A model generated the notes under the pieces. The model was not told where the DNA came from. It was given only the letters and a program-made list of their open reading frames with translations, and made no database searches. This document shows, one piece after another, positions 47,566-54,038 of a stretch of DNA of 54,038 bases (positions are counted from its first letter, which is position 1; every line of letters starts with the position of its first letter). The position numbers and the translations under genes were made by a program. Origin of the DNA: Bacteroidetes bacterium HGW-Bacteroidetes-21 (GTDB lineage: Bacteria > Bacteroidota > Bacteroidia > Bacteroidales > GWA2-32-17); the NCBI GenBank assembly GCA_002840935.1, contig PHDH01000001.1:1-54038 (forward strand), given 5' to 3'.

Positions 47566-48735
47566 ATGAGTAAAAGCCTTTTTCTTAAAATAATTGTGTA
47601 TTTGTTTTCATTCTTCTTGGCTTTTGGGAAATTTGATCCTTTTGGCACAAATGGTGTTTTCTTTGATGCAATTACTGTGCTTCTGGGTATGAGTATATTA
47701 TTGTCAACAGATGCCTTTTTATATATAAAGAAATATTCAATTCAGTTAAGCATTTTATTCGCAATAGGTATCATAATGTTTATTATGGGGTTTATATATG
47801 GCGAACCCTATTTTAACGCAAAATATTTTTCGGCTGTAATTATATTTTGGCTTTTGTCTTATTATTATATTAGTAATCAAATAGTATGCTTTAATTCGAT
47901 TTTCCTTTTTGCAATATCTTCAGCATTGATTGCCTTGTTGTATAATTTTGGTTTTTTAGATTCTTATTTTAACATTGATACCAAAGGAAGGTTGCAATTA
48001 TTTGAGGAAAATCCCAATTCAATAAGCACCAGAATGGCAATTGCATTTGTTTCCTTGTTTTATATTGTCATCGAGAATCCTTTGAAATACAAAAAGATAA
48101 GATTCTTGTTATTATTATTACTTCCAAGTCTATTTTTTATAGTGATAGCTTTTGCTTCTAGGGGATCTTCTTTACTATTAATAATGGGAAGTGCTTCAAT
48201 AATTCTACTTTCAAAAATCAGTAAAAGGTATAAACTTTTTTTAATTAGTGGTGCATTTTTATTATATATAAGTTTAATAGGATTTTTTAAAACAACGTCC
48301 CTTTTTGAAAGATTTGAACAAGAAGAAAATGTTCTTGGTATTAGAGAAACCATTTGGGAAAATGCATTTCAAATATTTTATGATAATCCTAATGGTATTG
48401 GAGAATTAGGCTATGTAAAAGAAATGTATAGTAGATACAACTGGTATTTAGATACGCATAATTTATATCTTTATTTTTTGGTTACCGGCGGCATTTTTAC
48501 GCTTTTACTATTCCTCCTATTTTTGGCACAGCTATTTATAAAATCGTATACAAATTTAAGACGAGGCAATTCCTTTTCTGTCATATTATTAATTTTTCTT
48601 TTATTTTTGGCTGGTAAAACTGGTGGCATATTGACTTATTTGGTAATGTGGTTTTTCTTTTCTATAATATATAGTTTCGATATTAAAAAATTAAATGATG
48701 AGCTCAATTCTTCTCCACGCCTGGGCAGTTCATAA
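47566..48735 (+). CDS. wzy: O-antigen polymerase/ligase-like (Wzy-type) membrane protein
   Basis: About 10 TM helices with a periplasmic loop 'NPNGIGELGYVKEMYSRYNWYLDTHNLYLYFLVTGG', typical of the Wzy_C family. Confidence 0.6.
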   Translation: MSKSLFLKIIVYLFSFFLAFGKFDPFGTNGVFFDAITVLLGMSILLSTDAFLYIKKYSIQLSILFAIGIIMFIMGFIYGEPYFNAKYFSAVIIFWLLSYYYISNQIVCFNSIFLFAISSALIALLYNFGFLDSYFNIDTKGRLQLFEENPNSISTRMAIAFVSLFYIVIENPLKYKKIRFLLLLLLPSLFFIVIAFASRGSSLLLIMGSASIILLSKISKRYKLFLISGAFLLYISLIGFFKTTSLFERFEQEENVLGIRETIWENAFQIFYDNPNGIGELGYVKEMYSRYNWYLDTHNLYLYFLVTGGIFTLLLFLLFLAQLFIKSYTNLRRGNSFSVILLIFLLFLAGKTGGILTYLVMWFFFSIIYSFDIKKLNDELNSSPRLGSS

Positions 48736-49843
48736 AGTTGGACAAAATTATTTTTTACCCTATACTCATTATGTATATCTAAATGAAATTATTAAATATT
48801 ATGATAAAGTATATTTACTTTCTCCTATATATACAAAAGAGGGTGCTAAAAATGAAGGTTTAATTACTTTAAGTGGTTTTAAAAATGTTGACATTATAGA
48901 GTTGCCACCAATAAATGGCTACATTGGTGCAATACGATATTTTTTCAAGTATTTGTCATGTTATAAAAAGCTAGATGATATTACTACTGTTTATGCTCGT
49001 TATCCCGTCCCTTTTGGATGGTTACAAAAAATTTATTTAAAAAAGGCAAAGAGAATTATTCACTTTGTAGGTGATCCAATAGATGCAACAAACACCAATC
49101 CAAATTTCAGTAAACTTAAGAAGAAATTACTTTTGTTTTTTTTTAAACCAGAACATTCTTTATATATTTGGGCATGTAGAGGTGCAAGTGTATATACCAA
49201 CGGAATACATATAGCTGATAGATTAAGAAAAAAAGGGATAATAGCAAAACCTTTAATTTCTTCAACCTTAAATCCTGATGATTTTTTTTTCCCTGAAAAG
49301 CAAACATGGAATAATAATGAACCTAAAATTATTTATGTAGGTTATTTAAGAAGGGCAAAGGGAATAGAAACGGTAATAAACGCATTTATTTGTCTCTTAA
49401 AGGTTTTTCCTAATGCAAAACTCACAATTGTAGGTTCAGGTGAATTTGAAAATGAATTAAAAAATTTTGTTAAAACGAGGAAAATATTAAATGTTACATT
49501 TTTAGGACATATTGAAGAAAGGGCCCAGTTAAATAATATTATGAGAGCCCATGATATTTTTTGTTTTGCAAGCTTTTCAGAAGGCTCTCCAAGGGTAATA
49601 CTAGAGGCGATGGCTAATGGGTTAAATGTCGTAAGCACACCTGTTGGCTCTTTGCCTATTGTTTTTAGAGATAACGAGCATTTATTGTTTGCTGATTTTA
49701 ATAACGCGAATATGTTTTCTAGTAAAATGATCGAATTAATTAATAATTCTGCCAAAGCAAATGAAATTAGGAAAAATGCATTTAACTTTTCACATCAATT
49801 CACATTGACAAATTTTTTAAAAACTATTTTTGATGAAGCATAA
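48695..49843 (+). CDS. Glycosyltransferase family 4 (GT-B)
   Basis: C-terminal 'FCFASFSEGSPRVILEAMANGLNVVST' (E-x7-E region). The exact start is uncertain because it overlaps the wzy 3' end. Confidence 0.7.
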   Translation: MMSSILLHAWAVHKVGQNYFLPYTHYVYLNEIIKYYDKVYLLSPIYTKEGAKNEGLITLSGFKNVDIIELPPINGYIGAIRYFFKYLSCYKKLDDITTVYARYPVPFGWLQKIYLKKAKRIIHFVGDPIDATNTNPNFSKLKKKLLLFFFKPEHSLYIWACRGASVYTNGIHIADRLRKKGIIAKPLISSTLNPDDFFFPEKQTWNNNEPKIIYVGYLRRAKGIETVINAFICLLKVFPNAKLTIVGSGEFENELKNFVKTRKILNVTFLGHIEERAQLNNIMRAHDIFCFASFSEGSPRVILEAMANGLNVVSTPVGSLPIVFRDNEHLLFADFNNANMFSSKMIELINNSAKANEIRKNAFNFSHQFTLTNFLKTIFDEA

Positions 49844-50354
49844 ATTTCTATTACTTTATTCGTTTTTTATAAGAAGTTTGTTGTTCTTTCTGCCAGACAT
49901 GCCTTTTATCATGCGATTTAGAGGTTGGTTATATGGCTTAGGAATGAACCACTGTGGCGTTAATTTTCAAGTATCACATTCAGCCATAATCAATTCATTA
50001 GAATGCTATTATATTGGAGATAACGTTTATATAGCGAATTTTTGCAACTTTATTGGGAATGGTTTGATAAAAATTGAATCTGAAGTAATTTTTGGTCCTG
50101 GAGTAGTAATTTCAGCAGGCAATCATCAATTTTTAAATAATTCTTTTAGATTTTCAAAAAGCAAACCATTAAATGTTACTATTAAAAGAGGTTCGTGGAT
50201 TGCAGCTAATTGTACAATTGTAGGAGAATGTGTTTTCCCAACAGAAAGCATTCTTGCAGCTAATAGCGTATTTATTAAAAAGTCGATTAATAAACCGAAT
50301 TCATTATATGGTGGTAACCCAGCTAGAGTAATTAAATCTTTAAAAATTAAATAG
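49830..50354 (+). CDS. Hexapeptide-repeat acyltransferase
   Basis: Beta-helix repeats 'IGDNVYIANFCNFIGNG', 'IFGPGVVISAGNH' and 'RGSWIAANCTIVGECVF'. Confidence 0.65.
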   Translation: MMKHKFLLLYSFFIRSLLFFLPDMPFIMRFRGWLYGLGMNHCGVNFQVSHSAIINSLECYYIGDNVYIANFCNFIGNGLIKIESEVIFGPGVVISAGNHQFLNNSFRFSKSKPLNVTIKRGSWIAANCTIVGECVFPTESILAANSVFIKKSINKPNSLYGGNPARVIKSLKIK

Positions 50355-50376
50355 TGACATTATTTAGATTTAAGGT

Positions 50377-51153
50377 ATGGATGATAAGAATTATTTAGTT
50401 TCAATTATTACGCCCTCCTATAATTCTGAGAATTATATTGGAGAGACATTTAAATCAATACAAGAACAAACATATACAAATTGGGAATGGATTGTAATTG
50501 ATGATTATTCAACGGATAATTCATTAAATATTTTACTCGAACTAGAAAAAGCTGACCCAAGAATAAAAATATTTAAAAATAATATAACTAGTGGTCCAGG
50601 CCCATCTCGGAATAAAGGTATAGAAAAGGCAAATGGTGATTTTTTAACCTTTATCGACAGTGATGATTATTGGGATAGCAAATTTATTGAGAAATCTTTA
50701 ACCACAAGTATTAAGCAAAATGTAGATTTTGTTTTTGCTTCCTATGAAAGATGGAATGAGACATTTACTATACAATTCGAGTCCTTTATTGTACCCCATA
50801 AAGTTAATTATTATGACATTCTAAAATCTTGTCCTATTTCATGCTTAACAGCTTTTATAAGAATAGAAAAACATCATAAAATATATATGCCTTCATTGCC
50901 CAAACGGCAAGATTACGTTTTATGGCTCGAGTATCTTAAAATAATTCCATATGCAGTGGGTATACAGGAACCATTAGCAAAGTATAGAATTCGAAAAAAC
51001 TCAGTTAGCTCAAATAAATATAAGGTAATTAAGTATCAATTTTTAGTTTATTACAAAATTCAGAAAATCGGATTATTGAAATCTATTTATTATTTAATAA
51101 ATTGGGCAATTGCTGGTTTTTTCAAATATAAAAGCATTAAAAAGACAAATTAA
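50377..51153 (+). CDS. Glycosyltransferase family 2
   Basis: VSIITPSYNSENYIGETFKSIQEQTY.NWEWIVIDDYSTD together with the DSDD motif. Confidence 0.85.
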   Translation: MDDKNYLVSIITPSYNSENYIGETFKSIQEQTYTNWEWIVIDDYSTDNSLNILLELEKADPRIKIFKNNITSGPGPSRNKGIEKANGDFLTFIDSDDYWDSKFIEKSLTTSIKQNVDFVFASYERWNETFTIQFESFIVPHKVNYYDILKSCPISCLTAFIRIEKHHKIYMPSLPKRQDYVLWLEYLKIIPYAVGIQEPLAKYRIRKNSVSSNKYKVIKYQFLVYYKIQKIGLLKSIYYLINWAIAGFFKYKSIKKTN

Positions 51154-51237
51154 ATCACGCCAATTATCTTAGGATTTTATTTGCTTTTCCAAACTCAAAT
51201 TGTAAAATAAACCAGATCACAAATCACGATTAACAAT

Positions 51238-51266
51238 AAAAAAAGGGGCTTAAGCCCCTTTTTTTA
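51238..51266. terminator. Bidirectional rho-independent terminator
   Basis: A-run, then GGGGCTTAAGCCCC, then T-run, between the end of the + glycan locus and the stop of the convergent - gene. Confidence 0.8.
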
Positions 51267-54038
51267 TTGTTTAATAAATTTCCATATTTTTTGTTGATCT
51301 TCAAAAATGACTCGAATAAAATAGATGCCTCTCTTATATTCACTAACATCTTTTTGTCTTAAATAAAAGTTGTCTTCTATATATCCCTCTTCGTTTAACA
51401 AAGTCTTTCCTGTAATGTCTGTAATTTCAAGTATATATTTACCCTCTTTTTCTGAGTTTATTTCTATACTTAATAAATCATTTACCGGATTTGGATAGGA
51501 AGTAACTTCAAATAAATTATTGTTATCAGAGAGGTTATTTGAAATTTCAATAAACTTAGCGCCAGTTATTACAATTTGGCAAGCTGTTCCATAATTACCC
51601 CATGTAGTCCCTACCTTAGCTTTAACCTGTACATTATATGTTCTATTATTCTCGAGACCAGCAACCCAACCCAAACAAAGATTCGTCTTTACTATTCCAG
51701 CTGTACTTCTTATATAGCTATAGGTCGATAAGTCATTAACATCAGTAAATAGATACTGATAATCTACAGCACCTCCCACTTTATCGCAATATACAGATGA
51801 TGAATATAGATTGCTAATCGTAGTTCCGCAACTTGAAGTGTTTAGTTTAGTATTTGGGATGCCATTCAGTATAATTTGACAGGCATCTCCATAATTACCC
51901 CATACGCCACTTACTTTTGCACGAACCTGAACATTATATGTTCTTCCATATGCGATTCCAGCAATCCAGCCCAAACAAAGATTAACATTAACTATTCCTG
52001 CGGAACTTCTTATATAGCTATAAGTTGACAAATCATTATCATCAGTAAATAAATACTGATAATCTTCTGCTCCTCCAACTTTATTGCAGTAAACAGATGT
52101 ATTTAAGTCATTTATTGTAATCCCACAACTTGCAGTAGCTAATTTAGTATTTGGAATACTATTCAGTATAATTTGACAAGTATCGCCATAGTTACCCCAT
52201 ACGCCACTTACTTTAGCACGAACCTGAACATTGTAAGTGCTTCCATATTCGATTCCAAGAACCCAGCCCAAACAAAAATTAATATTAACTATACCTGCTG
52301 AACTTCTTATATAGCTATAGGTTGACAAAGTATTAACATTAGTAAATAAATACTGATAATCTTCAGCACCATTAACCATGTCACAATAAATATATGCGTT
52401 TAGGTCATTAATAGTAATACCGCATGACGAAGTTGTTAGTTTTGTAGTTGGAATACTAACCCCCATCACAACATTCTCAACCACATCCTGGTCTACTACA
52501 TTTAATGTATTGTTTACATCATTATACCCTGTGTACGAAACAGAATATGGCTTAGCGTTTCCAACAGAAACATTAGTAAAAAGAACACTTCCTGAAACTG
52601 TTTGTTGGGTCGTTCCATTAAAGGTAACACTTGCTCCTGTAATTGGAGTTGTTCCGTCACTCACATTAAAGGTAACACTATAGGTGGCGGCATCCAGAGT
52701 CACATTTTTATTTACATCGGCACCATTAACTGTAATCGTATTCCCGTTGTCGCTAATATAACCTACTTTAGTTACAGAGTATGAATAAGTGCTATTAGCC
52801 ATTCCCGCAAAGCTTGTTTGACCTGAAGCATCGGTTAGTTGTGGAGCACTTCCATTTAAAATAACACTGGCACCTTCGAGCGGAGAGCCTCCTGAACTTA
52901 CAGTAAAATATACGGTATAAGTGCCGTTATCTGTTAATACAACATTAACATACACATTGTCATCAATTACAGTCACATTTCCATTGGCAGACAAAAATCC
53001 GGTAGCATTTACTGTATATTCATACTCACCGGGCAGAAAATCAGTAAATTCAACTACGCCAGAAGCATCTGTATTAATTGTAAACCCATCAAATGTTACA
53101 TCGGCATTTTCTATGTCACTAGTGCCATCGGTCACATGAAAAGTTACAGTATAGCCCGATTGTAATGTTAAAAAAACTTCAACATTTTCATCTGCACCAT
53201 TTACTATTACTTCGCCAGTTTCTTGATTGTAGCCATCCATGTTTACTACATACGAATAAGTTTCATTGGGAACTACAAAGGCCACCTCTCCATTTCCATC
53301 GGTATAATCCGTTTCTGAATTAAATACAACCTCGGCACCCGATACCGGGCCATTATCATCTGTCACTATAAAAGTAACGTTATATTCAGAAAACTCTTCC
53401 ATCAACACTTCTTCGGTTGCATTATCGTTATTCACCACAACGGTTCCGGTAGCTGTAGTATAACCATCCAAAACAACATCATAAGGATACGAACCATTTG
53501 GCAAACCTGTAAATTCTGCATATCCATAAGTATTTGTTTCTACAGTTGAACCATTACATGTTACGGCGGCAAATCTTAAATTGCTGGTTCCATCGGTTAC
53601 ATGAAAAGTAATGTTGTAGCTTACTGGAGCAACCACATTCAGGGTGTAATCCTCTACTTCGCCACGATCGGCATAACCACAAGGTGTAGAATTTGGTCCA
53701 CTAGATAGACTATGCAAGCGAAGTCTCATTCTTTTTGCGCCTTCAGTTGTTCCTATAGGCACTGTAATTGTGGTTGTATAAACCGTTGGACTTAATGCCC
53801 CTGACACATAGACTTGCTCATTTGCATCGCCAAAATCGTTATCATTGTTCCAATCGACCCAGGCAATCAGCTCGTAACTACTTGTACTACTCTTTGTAAC
53901 TGCCAATACATAGTTTTCACCTGGAACAACGTCAGTAGAATTAAAAGAAAAATCTGAAAACGAACTATAAGATGATGACTGATTGATTGACCCAATGGCA
54001 ACATTAAAAATACTGGTATAACCAACAGTATTAGTACC
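51264..54038 (-). CDS. Giant GEVED-domain, repeat-rich T9SS-secreted surface protein (5' end outside window)
   Basis: The frame stays open upstream of the TTG at 53906 to the window edge (GTNTVGYTSIFNVAIG...). It has a GEVED segment (GYADRGEVEDYTLNV), five ~78-aa beta-sandwich-like repeats, three 99-100-aa Cys-containing repeats and a T9SS CTD (SYPNPVNDLLSIEI...GIYFIRV). Confidence 0.8.
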   Translation of the reverse strand, partial: GTNTVGYTSIFNVAIGSINQSSSYSSFSDFSFNSTDVVPGENYVLAVTKSSTSSYELIAWVDWNNDNDFGDANEQVYVSGALSPTVYTTTITVPIGTTEGAKRMRLRLHSLSSGPNSTPCGYADRGEVEDYTLNVVAPVSYNITFHVTDGTSNLRFAAVTCNGSTVETNTYGYAEFTGLPNGSYPYDVVLDGYTTATGTVVVNNDNATEEVLMEEFSEYNVTFIVTDDNGPVSGAEVVFNSETDYTDGNGEVAFVVPNETYSYVVNMDGYNQETGEVIVNGADENVEVFLTLQSGYTVTFHVTDGTSDIENADVTFDGFTINTDASGVVEFTDFLPGEYEYTVNATGFLSANGNVTVIDDNVYVNVVLTDNGTYTVYFTVSSGGSPLEGASVILNGSAPQLTDASGQTSFAGMANSTYSYSVTKVGYISDNGNTITVNGADVNKNVTLDAATYSVTFNVSDGTTPITGASVTFNGTTQQTVSGSVLFTNVSVGNAKPYSVSYTGYNDVNNTLNVVDQDVVENVVMGVSIPTTKLTTSSCGITINDLNAYIYCDMVNGAEDYQYLFTNVNTLSTYSYIRSSAGIVNINFCLGWVLGIEYGSTYNVQVRAKVSGVWGNYGDTCQIILNSIPNTKLATASCGITINDLNTSVYCNKVGGAEDYQYLFTDDNDLSTYSYIRSSAGIVNVNLCLGWIAGIAYGRTYNVQVRAKVSGVWGNYGDACQIILNGIPNTKLNTSSCGTTISNLYSSSVYCDKVGGAVDYQYLFTDVNDLSTYSYIRSTAGIVKTNLCLGWVAGLENNRTYNVQVKAKVGTTWGNYGTACQIVITGAKFIEISNNLSDNNNLFEVTSYPNPVNDLLSIEINSEKEGKYILEITDITGKTLLNEEGYIEDNFYLRQKDVSEYKRGIYFIRVIFEDQQKIWKFIKQ
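51561..52454 (-). repeat. Three tandem 297/297/300-nt coding repeats
   Basis: The units 52158-52454, 51861-52157 and 51561-51860 each encode IP(T/N)TKL.T.SCG.TI..L....YC..V.GA.DYQYLFT..N.LSTYSYIRS.AGIV..N.CLGW..G......TYNVQV(R/K)AKV...WGNYG..CQI. Confidence 0.9.
52455..53618 (-). repeat. Five tandem ~78-aa beta-sandwich-like coding repeats
   Basis: Each unit begins Y(N/T/S)(I/V)TF.V(T/S)DG and contains ...DG/NG...F...G.Y.Y.V...GY......V.V. This resembles CarboxypepD_reg/PEGA-like domains. Confidence 0.75.

Noticed and set aside
1-54038. tRNA, rRNA, tmRNA or riboswitch genes in the intergenic gaps
   Set aside because: I scanned the larger gaps (3104-3451, 15664-15931, 16268-16468, 26030-26175, 29636-30057, 35343-35679, 36217-36449, 37341-37620). 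I saw no cloverleaf-type T-arm or anticodon-arm patterns and no conserved riboswitch cores. This cannot be excluded without Infernal or tRNAscan.

Overview
This 54-kb chromosomal segment reads as Bacteroidota. The signs are several type IX secretion (T9SS) C-terminal sorting domains, a GEVED-domain giant surface protein, DUF4492-cydAB, a cytochrome-b558-type sdh/frd CAB operon, TAnnTTTG-like -7 boxes and AT-rich DNA.

Bases 1-29.6 kb are mostly housekeeping. They carry a partial ABC-2 permease, a GT2-like gene, proline dehydrogenase, dprA, tatD, ansA, a bifunctional nuclease, a nucleoside permease, thyA and ruvC. A minus-strand operon of T9SS-secreted beta-propeller proteins follows. After it come a DHOD-like/DUF4492/cydAB operon, ferritin, RNase HI, a hydrolase, a minus-strand flippase+GT pair and sdhCAB.

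Bases 30.0-51.2 kb form one long plus-strand surface-glycan region that looks composite. Sublocus A (30.0-35.3 kb) holds GT4, a LamG-T9SS protein, a KpsS-like protein and a CBS-nucleotidyltransferase. A 2.3-kb islet (35.3-37.6 kb) holds a wHTH-nucleotidyltransferase-like regulator and an ORF6N/PLD-like gene bracketed by ~115-bp direct repeats. Sublocus B (37.6-51.2 kb) is visibly more AT-rich. It holds a second CBS-nucleotidyltransferase, a frameshifted acyltransferase and a CMP-sugar module. It also holds a flippase, a polymerase, GTs and acetyltransferases.

The window ends inside a large repeat-rich GEVED/T9SS protein on the minus strand. I recognised no rRNA, tRNA, CRISPR array, transposase or integrase.

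All calls come from reading motifs by eye. No database search or numeric computation was possible.
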